A DNA stretch of 64,000 nt from the NCBI GenBank assembly GCA_028281025.1, contig JANQKR010000034.1, positions 9,848-73,847 on the forward strand, read 5' to 3'. The translations under genes were made by a program, and so were the position numbers. The DNA comes from Croceivirga sp. (GTDB lineage Bacteria > Bacteroidota > Bacteroidia > Flavobacteriales > Flavobacteriaceae). Under the pieces are notes generated by a model. It had not been told where the DNA came from, did not search any database, and saw only the letters and a list, made by a program, of their open reading frames with translations. Below are positions 36,860-48,022 of the stretch, piece by piece; positions within the stretch are counted from its first letter, which is position 1, and each line of letters begins with the position of its first letter.

Positions 36860-37764
36860 AGATTGATTAACGGTAAATTCTTCTTTTTCAGTACCTCGTT
36901 CATGCCAAAGATTCCTTGTAAACCCCCTGTATGGATGGCCAAAATCTTCGTCCCCGCCTTAAACTGATTGTTCGCAATCATATCCAGCAGACCAAAAAAT
37001 AGCTTTCCCGTATATACGGGATCGGAAGCAATCCCTGTTTGTTCCTTAAACGCATTGATGCTTGCAATAAGCTCAGGGGTTACCTTGGCATATCCCCCAA
37101 AATGGTAATCAGTAATCAATTTCCAATTGGGTTTGGTCACAAATTTACGAATGGAATCGATTAAAAAATCACCTTTTAAGGCAGGGAAGCCCAAAACCTG
37201 TTGATGTGCTGCAGTTGCATTGATAAGTCCAGCCATCGTACCTCCGGTGCCCACACAGGTGGCAATGATATCAAATTCCGTATCGTCCTGTGTCAAAATT
37301 TCCTTGCAGCCCTTTACGGCCAAGGCATTTGTGCCTCCCTCTGGTAGTAGGTAAAAATCCCCATATTCCATTAGTAGTTTTCGAACAAAGGCCCTATCAT
37401 CTTTGGTTCGGTACGTTTCCCTACTTACAAAATGAAATCGCATGCCATATTCGGAGGCCAGTTTCAATGTGGGATTGGTCCCCCAATCCTTTTTGAGCTC
37501 TTCCCCGCGTATGACCCCAATGGTCCCAAAACCATACTCTTTTCCGGCACAGGCCACCGCAGCAATATGGTTGGAGAAGGCTCCGCCAAAGGTGAGCAGT
37601 ACGTCAAAATTTTGTGCTTTTGCCCTTTGCAGATTGTACTTTAGCTTACGGTATTTGTTCCCTGAAATAACGGGGTGAAGAAGGTCTTCCCGTTTCACGG
37701 CAAGGTTTACCTGCTTTTTGGAAAGTAAAGGAAGGGCAATCTGCTGATTGGGGATGTGGTTCAA
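36856..37764 (-). CDS. ACC deaminase/D-cysteine desulfhydrase family PLP enzyme
   Basis: KREDLLHP.ISGNKYRKL, SNH, GTGGT, DPVYTGK and HTGG motifs. Confidence 0.93.
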   Translation of the reverse strand: MNHIPNQQIALPLLSKKQVNLAVKREDLLHPVISGNKYRKLKYNLQRAKAQNFDVLLTFGGAFSNHIAAVACAGKEYGFGTIGVIRGEELKKDWGTNPTLKLASEYGMRFHFVSRETYRTKDDRAFVRKLLMEYGDFYLLPEGGTNALAVKGCKEILTQDDTEFDIIATCVGTGGTMAGLINATAAHQQVLGFPALKGDFLIDSIRKFVTKPNWKLITDYHFGGYAKVTPELIASINAFKEQTGIASDPVYTGKLFFGLLDMIANNQFKAGTKILAIHTGGLQGIFGMNEVLKKKNLPLINL

Positions 37765-38097
37765 TTAGGGCCTAAAAATATAGTTTAGAAAGCTATAGGG
37801 TTTTCTCCTGTCCGTATAGCCCAAATCCATTTCGTTGGCATAGGCTTCCCGTTCAAAGCTGATGTTTTGATAGGCCCTGTAGCTGTCCAAATACAGAAAG
37901 GTCCGCACCACCCATTCCAAAATATACCAAAAATAAAAGGGGACTACCAATAGTTCCAACTGCTGTTTTAGATGGATTTTCTCATGGTTAATAAGCACCA
38001 CATCATCTTTATGGCTATCTTCTTTTACAATAATAAAGGGCCAAAGGGTAAGACCCACGTAGTTTTTCCTAAAGAAATGTCTAAAAACCAATATCAT
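37765..38097 (-). CDS. Conserved small protein with HExxH and downstream FEREAY (possible mini-zincin)
   Basis: NHEKIHLKQQ...ISFEREAY. Confidence 0.8.
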   Translation of the reverse strand: MILVFRHFFRKNYVGLTLWPFIIVKEDSHKDDVVLINHEKIHLKQQLELLVVPFYFWYILEWVVRTFLYLDSYRAYQNISFEREAYANEMDLGYTDRRKPYSFLNYIFRP

Positions 38098-38289
38098 ATT
38101 TCAGTTCCTTTTATGAACCTATCTTGATGGTGGGGTAAACAAATATACTTTTTTCTTTTTCCCAACGGAATAAACCGGGTTTAACGGCCATTATTTTGGA
38201 TGAAACCCTAAGAAGTCCTTAAAATCCTTTAAAATACGCCGTTTGAAGTGTAACTTAGTGTAACTTTGAGAATAGCAAGGATAAGCTAA

Positions 38290-38451
<162 letters not shown>

Positions 38452-38523
38452 CTTGGTTTTCGGCATAATATTTGTGGTGGTTTAAGGAAAGTTCGCTTTC
38501 GGTTTAACTCAAAAAAATATGCT

Positions 38524-39138
38524 ATGAAAAAGATAAAACTACTTACCTTACCCTTAGTACTACTGCTATTTCTAACCTCCTGTTCAACGGTACAGGTCAT
38601 TGCCGATTATGACAGACAGGTGAATTTTAATGAATATAGGACCTATGCCTTTTACAAAACGGGCATTGATAGGGCCCAAATATCCGATTTGGACAAAAAA
38701 CGTATTCTCAAAGCCATTGAAACCGAAATGGCCAACAGGGGCTTCACCAAATCCCGAAACCCAGATATTCTGGTAAGCATCTTTACCAAGGAACGCGAAC
38801 AGGTAGATGTCTTCAACAACAACTTTGGTTGGGGTTGGGGAGGAATTGGCTGGGGCGGCTGGGGCTGGGGCGGCTGGGGCTGGAATCCTTGGATCTGGGG
38901 CCCTGGATGGGGCTGGGGCGGAGGCTGGGGTCCAAACGTTTCCACCCGCACCGAAGGCTCGTTGTATATTGACCTTATCGATGCCAACAACAAAGAACTG
39001 GTATGGCAAGGGCGTGGTGTTGGCACATTGAACAACACCAAAAACATAGACAAAAAAGAAGACCGTATACGAAAGTTCGTTTCAGAGATATTGGAAGAAT
39101 ATCCCCCAAACCGGGAAATTGCGGCAAATGGCCTTTAA
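38524..39138 (+). CDS. DUF4136 family lipoprotein
   Basis: Lipobox LTSC; DYDRQVNF..YRTYAF, Gly/Trp-rich loop and EGSLYIDLID...ELVWQG. Confidence 0.9.
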   Translation: MKKIKLLTLPLVLLLFLTSCSTVQVIADYDRQVNFNEYRTYAFYKTGIDRAQISDLDKKRILKAIETEMANRGFTKSRNPDILVSIFTKEREQVDVFNNNFGWGWGGIGWGGWGWGGWGWNPWIWGPGWGWGGGWGPNVSTRTEGSLYIDLIDANNKELVWQGRGVGTLNNTKNIDKKEDRIRKFVSEILEEYPPNREIAANGL

Positions 39139-39318
39139 GGCCTTTTGAAACCTTATAGTAAAGCGAAGAATCTACTGCCCCCGATGTTTTGTTTGAGTGT
39201 TTATTGTGGTCATGGGGTGATAGGTTCTTCGTTTTCATGGTATTGATCCAATTTCCGTCCAATACGTTAAGCCTATTGCCTACAATCTTTTTATCTTTAG
39301 GGTAAGACCTGGAATGCA

Positions 39319-39825
39319 ATGGAATACTATCTGGCCCAAGCCAATATTGCTCGTTTTAAAGCGCAACTGGACCATCCCATAATGAAGGAATTTGTGGATT
39401 TTTTAGAGCCCGTCAACAAATTTGCAGAAGAGAGTCCTGGTTTTGTTTGGCGTTTGAAAGACGACCAGGGAAGGCCGGCCTCCTATATCCAATCTCCCTT
39501 TAAGGATGAAAACATGGCCGTAAACATTAGTCTTTGGGAAGACGTGGATGCCTTTAAAGCTTTCGTTTATGGTTCAGTACACAGCTATTTTTTACGGAGT
39601 AAAAAAAAATGGTTCGATGTAAAGGGCCCATCCCAATTTGTACTATGGTGGTTGCCCAAGGGGGAGCTGCCCACCTTGGATATGGCAAAGGAGAAACTGG
39701 AACTCCTGGAACAAAACGGAGCATCTCCGCAGGCCTTTACCATGGCGGAGTTCTATAATTGCACGGGCCAAAGAATAGCCGCTCCACTTTCACGCCAACG
39801 TATGAAGCACAACAGTTCAGAATAA
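39319..39825 (+). CDS. DUF3291 domain protein
   Basis: LAQANIA, AEESPGFVWRL, N.SLWE and VLWW motifs. Confidence 0.85.
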   Translation: MEYYLAQANIARFKAQLDHPIMKEFVDFLEPVNKFAEESPGFVWRLKDDQGRPASYIQSPFKDENMAVNISLWEDVDAFKAFVYGSVHSYFLRSKKKWFDVKGPSQFVLWWLPKGELPTLDMAKEKLELLEQNGASPQAFTMAEFYNCTGQRIAAPLSRQRMKHNSSE

Positions 39826-39834
39826 TAATAAACC

Positions 39835-41598
39835 ATGGAAACAGCATATGAAAGTAATCCAGTATTGGATAAACTACCAGAGCACTTAAGACAATACATC
39901 AAACCCCAAAACTATGATGAATACACTCCCGTAGATCAAGCGGTTTGGAGGTACGTGATGCGCAAGAATGTTGACTATTTGAGCAAGGTAGCCCATAAAT
40001 CCTATGTAGAAGGACTACAAAAAACGGGCATATCCATAAATCATATTCCCAATATGTACGGCATGAACCGTATTCTAAAGGAAATAGGATGGGCCGCCGT
40101 CGCGGTTGATGGTTTTATTCCACCATCTGCCTTCATGGAGTTCCAAGCCTATAATGTATTGGTCATTGCCTCCGACATTAGACAGTTGGAAAACATAGAA
40201 TACACCCCAGCTCCAGATATCATCCATGAAGGTGCGGGACATGCCCCCATCATAGCCAATCCGGAGTATGCGGAATATTTAAGGCGATTTGGGGAAATTG
40301 GTGCCAAAGCCATTTCCAGTGCCATGGATTACGAACTATATGATGCCGTTCGTCATCTTTCCATAATTAAGGAAGCGGAAGGGACACCCCAGGAAGAGAT
40401 TGTGAAAGCAGAAAAAAAGATTGAGCATCTCCAAGAGAACATGGGGATACCAAGTGAAATGGCATTGATCAGAAACCTGCATTGGTGGACCGTGGAATAT
40501 GGATTGATTGGTGAACTGGACAATCCTAAAATCTATGGGGCAGGACTACTCTCCTCCATCGGTGAAAGTACCTGGTGCATGACGGACCAGGTAAAAAAAA
40601 TACCCTATACCATAGAAGCAGCGCATACTTCATTTGACATTACAAAACCGCAACCCCAACTTTTTGTAACCCCAAATTTCGCGCATTTAAGTCAGGTATT
40701 GGAAGATTTTGCGAACACCATGGCATTACGTACCGGGGGATTAATAGGTATCCAAAAATTGGTAACCTCCAAAGCCCTTGGCACAGCAGAGTTGAGTACA
40801 GGACTGCAAATATCGGGATGCTTCAACAACATCATTGAAAAGGATGGAAAACCCATATATCTCCGTACCGTAGGGCCCACGGCACTATCGTATCGGGAAA
40901 AGGAACTGGTGGGGCATGGTGTGGAGCAGCACCCGGAAGGCTTTGGCTCCCCAGTGGGTAAACTCAAGGGTATCAATTTGGCCATTGAGGACATGAGCCC
41001 CAGGGACTTAAAGGCGTATAACATTTTTGAAGGGGAACGCATCACACTGGAGTTTGAAGGCGGGGTGAAGGTAGCGGGTGAAATTGTTACGGGAACCCGA
41101 AACCTTAAAGGGGAGATTATCCTCATCACCTTTAAGGAATGTAAGGTTACCCATGATGACACCATTCTGTTCCTCCCTGAATGGGGGCTGTACCATATGG
41201 CCGTTGGGGAAAAAATAGTATCGGCCTTTAATGGGCCTGCAGACTTAAAAAGCTTTAACCTCATCTCCCATGAGCTTACCGAAACTACCATTAAAAAGAA
41301 CAGGGATTCCGATTTGATCAGATTGGAAACCTACTACAGACAGGTACGGGACTACAGGGAAGGGAAAAACACCTACACTTCCAGGGGAAAACTTTTTGAA
41401 GAGTTTAAATTGCATTTTCCCAATGATTGGTTGCTGCCCGTAGAGCTTTATGAATTGGCATTACAGGGCAACAGAAAGGCCTTGGCCAATGACATTGAGG
41501 AGCATCTGGAAAAGGTTAAACGGAACAGGCCCAAAGTAGGCCGTTTAATAGATGATGGGCTGGAACTTGCCAATAAAGCCTTAATGAAACAATCCTAA
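39835..41598 (+). CDS. phhA: Aromatic amino acid (phenylalanine-4-)hydroxylase, long form
   Basis: YTPAPDIIHEGAGH, WWTVEYGL and YGAGLLSSIGE iron-binding motifs. Confidence 0.9.
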   Translation: METAYESNPVLDKLPEHLRQYIKPQNYDEYTPVDQAVWRYVMRKNVDYLSKVAHKSYVEGLQKTGISINHIPNMYGMNRILKEIGWAAVAVDGFIPPSAFMEFQAYNVLVIASDIRQLENIEYTPAPDIIHEGAGHAPIIANPEYAEYLRRFGEIGAKAISSAMDYELYDAVRHLSIIKEAEGTPQEEIVKAEKKIEHLQENMGIPSEMALIRNLHWWTVEYGLIGELDNPKIYGAGLLSSIGESTWCMTDQVKKIPYTIEAAHTSFDITKPQPQLFVTPNFAHLSQVLEDFANTMALRTGGLIGIQKLVTSKALGTAELSTGLQISGCFNNIIEKDGKPIYLRTVGPTALSYREKELVGHGVEQHPEGFGSPVGKLKGINLAIEDMSPRDLKAYNIFEGERITLEFEGGVKVAGEIVTGTRNLKGEIILITFKECKVTHDDTILFLPEWGLYHMAVGEKIVSAFNGPADLKSFNLISHELTETTIKKNRDSDLIRLETYYRQVRDYREGKNTYTSRGKLFEEFKLHFPNDWLLPVELYELALQGNRKALANDIEEHLEKVKRNRPKVGRLIDDGLELANKALMKQS

Positions 41599-42192
41599 CT
41601 GTTCAAAGTTTACCACTGGTTTTTCGTTGTAGGTCAATGTCCATCCCATGGAATCGGTCAACACCAAAAGCTTGGAAAGTTCGGAAAGCAAACGGTTCTG
41701 TGCGTTTGAACGTAAGGTTGAGGCCTCAACTTTTTTTAGTAGGGAAGCATTGACATTTTGTTTGATCAAATTATAATCCTCGGCACCAAAAGGATTGAAG
41801 TAATCCGCAGAAACATCGTAGTATTCAAAATCTGGGTTAATGGTAATTTCAGGTTCTGGAATGTTCCTTAGTTCCACTACCTTGTGTTCCCCGTCAATTT
41901 CAAAGTCAATGTCCTTTAAATCATAACTAATGATCACTTTGGCATTCACGACCACCAAAGCCTTTTTGTCTGCTGTGACCAGGGGACCAAAGAGCTCTTT
42001 GGAATCCGCATAATTGTAAACCTCGGCAAAGTGTCCTTCGGTAACGATCAATTTGGATACATTTTTGATCTGTTCCTGAATCAGCATCGAATTTTCCTGA
42101 AGGATGGTCTCCGTGTATCGGTGCTCGGCACATGACCTATAAATCAATACCGTTGTTAAGGCTATAAGTGCTCCTGCCAAGACCTTTTTCAT
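41581..42192 (-). CDS. DUF4230 domain protein
   Basis: N-terminal TM; IKNVSKLIVTEG and KKALVVVNAKVIISYDL. Confidence 0.85.
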   Translation of the reverse strand: MKKVLAGALIALTTVLIYRSCAEHRYTETILQENSMLIQEQIKNVSKLIVTEGHFAEVYNYADSKELFGPLVTADKKALVVVNAKVIISYDLKDIDFEIDGEHKVVELRNIPEPEITINPDFEYYDVSADYFNPFGAEDYNLIKQNVNASLLKKVEASTLRSNAQNRLLSELSKLLVLTDSMGWTLTYNEKPVVNFEQLGLFH

Positions 42193-42224
42193 CTGAAAAT
42201 TGGAATTTAACGCTTAACAAATTA

Positions 42225-42890
42225 TCATTTACAGTTTTCCAGGTTCAAAAGCACCTTGTTGTACCGCTTTTCCAATTGCTGTTCCAATTGGCTTACAAAC
42301 TCCAAAGCTTTCAACAATTTTTCAATGGAATCCCGTTGCAATGCTTCAACCACTTTCTGAAATTCATTGGCCACCAAATTCTGGAGATTATAGGTGCTCT
42401 CCAACTCATACAGGCAATCAAAGTCAAAGTCACTGAATATGCCTGTGGCTTTTGAAGTATCCCAGGCTATTTCACTAAGTGTCGCAATCTCCAGATTGAT
42501 GTAGGTGTCACCTTTATACTCATAAAGGCCATCCCCCTTTTGAATCGAATCCAATACCTTATAAAAATTGGAATACTTACTTTGAAAGACCTTCATTTCC
42601 CCAGTAGTCATGACTACTGTTCCACTATCATCGGAAGAAAGCTTCTTATACGCATCAATAAATTCGGGTATTCTTTTGTTATCTGCCCTACTTTTTAAGA
42701 GTTCCCCAAGATTGTTTTTTAGTTCACCCTCGATTTTGGTAAGGGCAACCGCTTTGTTTTTACTGATTTCATTAGAGGTATTCCAATTGTTGAACCATAT
42801 GGCCAAATTGATCCCAATGAAAATTAAGAGGATTTCACCCAATATATACTTCAAGTTCAAATTTCGTATCCTGATCCTCTTCATCTCCAT
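42225..42890 (-). CDS. Hypothetical membrane-anchored protein (DUF6090-like), coupled to alaS
   Basis: KYILGEILLIFIGINLAIWFNNWN; start overlaps the alaS stop (TAATG). Confidence 0.75.
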   Translation of the reverse strand: MEMKRIRIRNLNLKYILGEILLIFIGINLAIWFNNWNTSNEISKNKAVALTKIEGELKNNLGELLKSRADNKRIPEFIDAYKKLSSDDSGTVVMTTGEMKVFQSKYSNFYKVLDSIQKGDGLYEYKGDTYINLEIATLSEIAWDTSKATGIFSDFDFDCLYELESTYNLQNLVANEFQKVVEALQRDSIEKLLKALEFVSQLEQQLEKRYNKVLLNLENCK

Positions 42891-45505
42891 TACATAACAT
42901 ACTCCTTTGCTTTCTCCAAAGCTTCAGGAATGCCTCCTGGATTTTTACCTCCCGCCGTAGCAAAGAAGGGCTGTCCGCCACCGCCCCCTTGAATGTACTT
43001 GCCCAATTCCCGAACAATACCTCCCGCATTCAACCCTTTTTCAAAGGCCAAATCCTTGGAGATATAACAGGAAAGTAGTGCCTTTCCATCTTTTTCGGCA
43101 GCCAAGAGTACAAAGAGATTGGTTTTTACGTTGCCCATTTCAAACAGCAAATCCTTCATCCCACCGGCATCCAAATCTACTTTCCTGGCCAGGAATTTAA
43201 CCCCATCAATCTCAGATAGCCCATTGAGCAATTCTGATTTTAGTCCCCTGGCCTTTTCCTTAAGCAACTGTTCCACCTGTTTTTTTAACTGGTTGTTTTC
43301 CTCCTGAAGCAAAGCCACTGCCTTAACCGGCTCTTTTGTATTGTTGAGCAGATCCCTAATTTCAAACAATTGTCGGTTATTGCTGAAATAAAAGTCTTTG
43401 ACGGCATCAAGGGTAATGGCTTCAATTCTTCGAATACCCGCAGCCACGGCACCTTCCGATACGATTTTGAAATGCCAAATGTCCCCGGTATTCTTTACGT
43501 GGGTACCACCGCACAGTTCAATGGATTTTCCAAAACGTACCGTTCGAACGGCATCCCCATACTTTTCCCCAAACAAGGCCATGGCCCCTTGTTCCAAAGC
43601 TTCGGACATGGGGATGTTGCGCTGTTCTTCCAGGGGTAGATGTCCATCAATTCTGGCATTGACAAAATTCTCCACCTCCCGTAGTTCATCCACGGTCAAC
43701 TTTGCAAAATGGGAAAAGTCGAACCGAAGGTACTTGGAATGCACGGCAGAACCTTTCTGCTCCACATGTTTCCCCAAAACTTCCCGTAGTGCCTGGTGCA
43801 ATAAATGTGTTGCCGTATGGTTGCTTGCCGTTCGCTGTCGTTGTTTTTGGTCCACCGATGCTTTGAAAACGGCATGTAGATCCTTGGGAAGGGTCTCCGA
43901 AAAATGAACAATCTCGTTATTCTCTTTTTTGGTGTCCACAATATAGGTAACATCCCCATTGGGAGCTTCCAAATACCCTTTGTCCCCAACCTGTCCGCCA
44001 CCTTCTGCATAAAATGGGGTACTATCAAAAACCAACTGATAACGGTCGCCCTCTTTTTTGGAACTGATCTTTCGGTATTTGACCAACCTCACATCGAGCT
44101 CCAAAACATCATACCCCACAAACTCCTGTTCCGAATCCTTATGTAGAACCGTCCAATCGTCCTTGCTGGTTTCGGAAGCGGCGCGCGATCGGTCCTTTTG
44201 CGCTTGTAGGGCCTTATTGAACCCTTCCATGTCCAACCCGTACCCTTTCTCTTCAAGTATCAAGGAGGTAAGGTCTATTGGAAAACCAAAGGTGTCATAA
44301 AGTTCAAAGGCCTTTACTCCATCCACCGTTTTTCCATTGGTGGATTTGATGACCGAATCCAACAACACCAATCCCTGCTCCAGCGTACTTAGAAATGAGC
44401 TTTCCTCTTCCTTAATGACATTTTCAATCAACTGCCTTTGCTCTTTCAGTTCAGGAAATGTCCCACCCATTTGTTCCCCCAGCACCTTGACCAAACGATG
44501 GATAAAAGGGTTTTTTGTATCCAAAAAGGTAAATCCATAGCGAATTGCCCTTCTCAGAATCCTTCGAATCACATATCCTGCACCGGTGTTGCTGGGCAAC
44601 TGCCCATCGGCAATGGCAAAAGCAACGGCCCTAACGTGATCCGCCACCACACGGATGGCAATATCGGTCCCCGAATCCTTCCCGTATTCCTTTAGGGTAA
44701 TGGTTTCGATTTCCCGGATAAGCGGTGTAAACACATCGGTATCATAGTTGGACTGTGTTCCCTGCAATACCATGCATAGGCGTTCAAAGCCCATCCCCGT
44801 ATCAATATGTTTTTCAGGAAGGTCTTCCAACTGCCCATTGGCCTTTCTGTTGAACTGGATAAACACCAAATTCCAAATTTCCACCACTTGGGGGTGGTCC
44901 TTGTTGACCAACCGATCTCCTGAAATCTTTGCCTTTTCTTCCTTGGAACGGATATCCACATGGATTTCGGAACACGGTCCACAGGGACCTTGGTCCCCCA
45001 TCTCCCAAAAGTTATCCTTTTTATCCCCCATAAGTATGCGGTCTTCGGGAATAATCTTTTTCCAAAAATCGAACGCCTCTTGGTCCATATCCAGGTTATC
45101 CGCATCATCACTCCCTTCAAAAACCGTTACGTAGAGGTTTTCCTTATCAATTTTATAGACTTCGGTCAACAATTCCCATGCCCAGGTAATGGCTTCCTTT
45201 TTAAAATAATCCCCAAAACTCCAATTACCCAACATCTCGAACATGGTGTGGTGGTAGGTATCCTTGCCCACCTCATCCAAATCGTTGTGCTTTCCACTGA
45301 CCCTAAGGCACTTTTGCGTATCGGCCACCCTATTTGTATTGGGTTTGGAAATGCCCAGGAAGTATTCCTTAAACTGGTTCATCCCAGCATTGGTGAACAT
45401 CAACGTTGGGTCATTTTTCATCACCATGGGGGCGGAGGGAACAATACGGTGTTGCTTGGATCTGAAAAAGTTTAAAAACTGTTCTCTAATCTGTTGGGAT
45501 GTCAT
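42890..45505 (-). CDS. alaS: Alanine--tRNA ligase
   Basis: [36 protein letters not shown], editing HTATH/ELCGGTH and GGGGG motifs. Confidence 0.98.
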   Translation of the reverse strand: MTSQQIREQFLNFFRSKQHRIVPSAPMVMKNDPTLMFTNAGMNQFKEYFLGISKPNTNRVADTQKCLRVSGKHNDLDEVGKDTYHHTMFEMLGNWSFGDYFKKEAITWAWELLTEVYKIDKENLYVTVFEGSDDADNLDMDQEAFDFWKKIIPEDRILMGDKKDNFWEMGDQGPCGPCSEIHVDIRSKEEKAKISGDRLVNKDHPQVVEIWNLVFIQFNRKANGQLEDLPEKHIDTGMGFERLCMVLQGTQSNYDTDVFTPLIREIETITLKEYGKDSGTDIAIRVVADHVRAVAFAIADGQLPSNTGAGYVIRRILRRAIRYGFTFLDTKNPFIHRLVKVLGEQMGGTFPELKEQRQLIENVIKEEESSFLSTLEQGLVLLDSVIKSTNGKTVDGVKAFELYDTFGFPIDLTSLILEEKGYGLDMEGFNKALQAQKDRSRAASETSKDDWTVLHKDSEQEFVGYDVLELDVRLVKYRKISSKKEGDRYQLVFDSTPFYAEGGGQVGDKGYLEAPNGDVTYIVDTKKENNEIVHFSETLPKDLHAVFKASVDQKQRQRTASNHTATHLLHQALREVLGKHVEQKGSAVHSKYLRFDFSHFAKLTVDELREVENFVNARIDGHLPLEEQRNIPMSEALEQGAMALFGEKYGDAVRTVRFGKSIELCGGTHVKNTGDIWHFKIVSEGAVAAGIRRIEAITLDAVKDFYFSNNRQLFEIRDLLNNTKEPVKAVALLQEENNQLKKQVEQLLKEKARGLKSELLNGLSEIDGVKFLARKVDLDAGGMKDLLFEMGNVKTNLFVLLAAEKDGKALLSCYISKDLAFEKGLNAGGIVRELGKYIQGGGGGQPFFATAGGKNPGGIPEALEKAKEYVM

Positions 45506-45607
45506 ATGGGGAGCTAACCTTTAATTAATTTTAACAGACCATACAAAACAATTTTTATATTTGTCTGTTACCTAATTGAACGACCAAAAATAGGATAATT
45601 TACCTTC

Positions 45608-46585
45608 ATGTCTAAAGTTAAGTACTATTACGACCCAGATACACTTTCATATCGGAAGATTGAACCCAAAAAGTCGAAAAAGTACCGAAATATTGCCTTT
45701 TTTGTTTTAGGGGCCTCGCTCTTTGGTTTCCTTGGGCTTATCTTTCTTTTGAATACCAACCTGGTGAACACGCCAAAGGAGCTTTCCTTACAGCGCGAAG
45801 TGCAGAACTATGAGCTCCAGTTTGAAATTTTGGATAGGAAGATGCAGCAGATTGAGGAAGTACTCGCCAATATCGAAGATCGTGATAACAATATTTATCG
45901 ATTGTACTTTGAGGCCAACCCTATTCCCGAAGAACAAAGACGTGCAGGATTTGGAGGGATCAATCGCTATAAATCCCTGGAAGGTTTCAACAATTCGGAA
46001 ATCATTATCGCTGCTACCAAGCGGTTGGATGTGATTCAAAAACAAATGGTCATTCAATCAAAATCATTGGACGAAATTGCCAAGCTTGCCGAAGAGAAGG
46101 AAAAGCTCCTGGCGGCAATTCCTGCCATACAGCCGGTTCGAAACGCGGATCTCACCCGAATGGCTTCCGGATTTGGATGGCGTACCGATCCGTTTACCAA
46201 GGCCCGTAAAATGCACAAGGGTATGGATTTTACAGCCCCAAGGGGAACTCCCATATTTGCATCGGGAGATGGAAAAGTGGTCCGGGCAGACAATCGATCT
46301 TCCGGTTACGGGAAGCACATCCGTATTGATCACGGTTATGGCTATCTAAGTCTTTATGCCCATTTGAGCAAGTACAACGTTTCCAGGGGGCAAAAGGTCA
46401 AACGGGGCGATCTCATCGGATTTGTGGGGAATACGGGACGCTCCGAAGCACCACACTTACATTATGAGGTTTGGAAAGACGGTGAAAAAATCAATCCCAT
46501 TAACTTTTACTATGGAAGTTTGACCGCTGAGGAATTTGAGAATATGCTCAAGTTTGCGAACCAAGAGAATCAATCCCTTGACTAA
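45608..46585 (+). CDS. M23 family metallopeptidase
   Basis: HKGMDF, YAHL and HLHYEV motifs; N-terminal TM and coiled coil. Confidence 0.93.
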   Translation: MSKVKYYYDPDTLSYRKIEPKKSKKYRNIAFFVLGASLFGFLGLIFLLNTNLVNTPKELSLQREVQNYELQFEILDRKMQQIEEVLANIEDRDNNIYRLYFEANPIPEEQRRAGFGGINRYKSLEGFNNSEIIIAATKRLDVIQKQMVIQSKSLDEIAKLAEEKEKLLAAIPAIQPVRNADLTRMASGFGWRTDPFTKARKMHKGMDFTAPRGTPIFASGDGKVVRADNRSSGYGKHIRIDHGYGYLSLYAHLSKYNVSRGQKVKRGDLIGFVGNTGRSEAPHLHYEVWKDGEKINPINFYYGSLTAEEFENMLKFANQENQSLD

Positions 46586-46914
46586 TGCATGTAGAACTCC
46601 CTGAGAAACGCTATTACGGAATTGGAGAAGTCGCCAAGGCCTTTGGCGTAAATACATCCCTTATTCGCTTTTGGGAAAAGGAGTTTGATGTGCTACAGCC
46701 CAAGAAAAATGCGAAGGGCAACCGGAAGTTCACCCCCCAGGACATTAAAAACCTTCAGCTCATCCACCATCTGGTCAAGGAACGAGGCTTTACATTGGAG
46801 GGCGCCAAAATTCACTTGAAGGAGGAAAAACACAAGACCCTTTCCAATTTTGAGGTCATTGAGAAGCTACAACGGGTAAAGGCAGAACTTATAAAAATCA
46901 AGGAACAATTATAA
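46585..46914 (+). CDS. MerR family HTH regulator
   Basis: YYGIGEVAKAFGVNTSLIRFWEKEF...NRKF. Confidence 0.92.
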   Translation: MHVELPEKRYYGIGEVAKAFGVNTSLIRFWEKEFDVLQPKKNAKGNRKFTPQDIKNLQLIHHLVKERGFTLEGAKIHLKEEKHKTLSNFEVIEKLQRVKAELIKIKEQL

Positions 46915-46982
46915 ACTGTAACAAATAGGTACCGTTACAGACTTATCCAATACGTACAGTAAACACTAAAAAGACAAGAACA

Positions 46983-47582
46983 ATGAAAAAGTGGTTAATT
47001 CCGTTAATCGTTATTGGCATTCTACTATTTTTCCTGGGAAGCTGGTATGTGGGAACCAATAATACCCTAGTGGACATGAAAGGGCAGGCTACCAAACAAT
47101 GGGCCAATGTGGAAAGTTCCTATCAGAGAAGGAGCGATCTTATTGGGAACCTTGTAAAAACTGTTCAGGGTGCTGCGGATTTTGAGCGGGGTACGTTAAA
47201 GGATGTCATTGAAGCACGGGCAAAAGCGACCTCCACCACCATAGACATCAACAATCTTACTCCGGATAAATTGGCACAGTTCCAAGAGGCGCAATCAGGA
47301 CTTTCATCGGCGCTATCGCGACTATTGGTTACGGTGGAACGGTATCCCGACTTGAAAGCAAATCAAAACTTTTTGGAACTGCAATCCCAGTTGGAAGGCA
47401 CCGAAAATAGAATCAATGTAGAGCGGAACCGTTTTAATGATCTGGCGGGAGAGTACAACATTAAGATCGAAAAGATTCCGACCAATATTATAGCCAACAT
47501 TGCTGGTTTTGATGCCTTGGCATTGTTTAAATCGGACTCTGGTGCAGAAAATGCCCCGGAGGTGGACTTTAATTTCGACTGA
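46983..47582 (+). CDS. lemA: LemA family protein
   Basis: QWANVE..YQRR.DLI.NLV, ERYPDLKANQNF and LEGTENRI motifs. Confidence 0.95.
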   Translation: MKKWLIPLIVIGILLFFLGSWYVGTNNTLVDMKGQATKQWANVESSYQRRSDLIGNLVKTVQGAADFERGTLKDVIEARAKATSTTIDINNLTPDKLAQFQEAQSGLSSALSRLLVTVERYPDLKANQNFLELQSQLEGTENRINVERNRFNDLAGEYNIKIEKIPTNIIANIAGFDALALFKSDSGAENAPEVDFNFD

Positions 47583-48022
47583 TGATGTCCAAAGTAGAAG
47601 CTTTTCTCACTACGGAAGAAGAGCAGGAAATTGTCAACGCTATTCTGGAGGCCGAAAAAAATACCTCTGGGGAAATCCGTGTGCATATTGAAGCCACGGC
47701 GGGGATTGACCATTTTAGTCGTGCACAGCAGGTATTTCACTTTTTAAAGATGGACAATACCAAGGATGGGAACGGCGTACTCCTTTACGTGGCGGTGAAC
47801 GACAAGAGATTTGTGATTTATGGGGACCGGGGGATTGATCGGGCCGTGCCCAAGGGATTTTGGGAAAGCACCAAAGATATCATTGCCTCCCATTTTAAAA
47901 ACGGAAATTTCAAGCAAGGCATCGTTGAGGGCGTTTTGAAGGCAGGAAAAGAATTGGAAGAACACTTTCCCTGGCAACATGGGGATACCAATGAATTAAG
48001 TGATGCAGTTTCAAAAGGCTAG
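47582..48022 (+). CDS. TPM domain protein (short form)
   Basis: AEKNTSGEIRVH, NGVL.YV and GDRGID. Confidence 0.9.
   Translation: MMSKVEAFLTTEEEQEIVNAILEAEKNTSGEIRVHIEATAGIDHFSRAQQVFHFLKMDNTKDGNGVLLYVAVNDKRFVIYGDRGIDRAVPKGFWESTKDIIASHFKNGNFKQGIVEGVLKAGKELEEHFPWQHGDTNELSDAVSKG

Noticed and set aside
38975-39319. 114-aa minus-strand ORF with a His/Cys-rich tail
   Set aside because: Much of it, including the Cys-rich tail, is antisense to the DUF4136 gene, so the composition is probably a by-product
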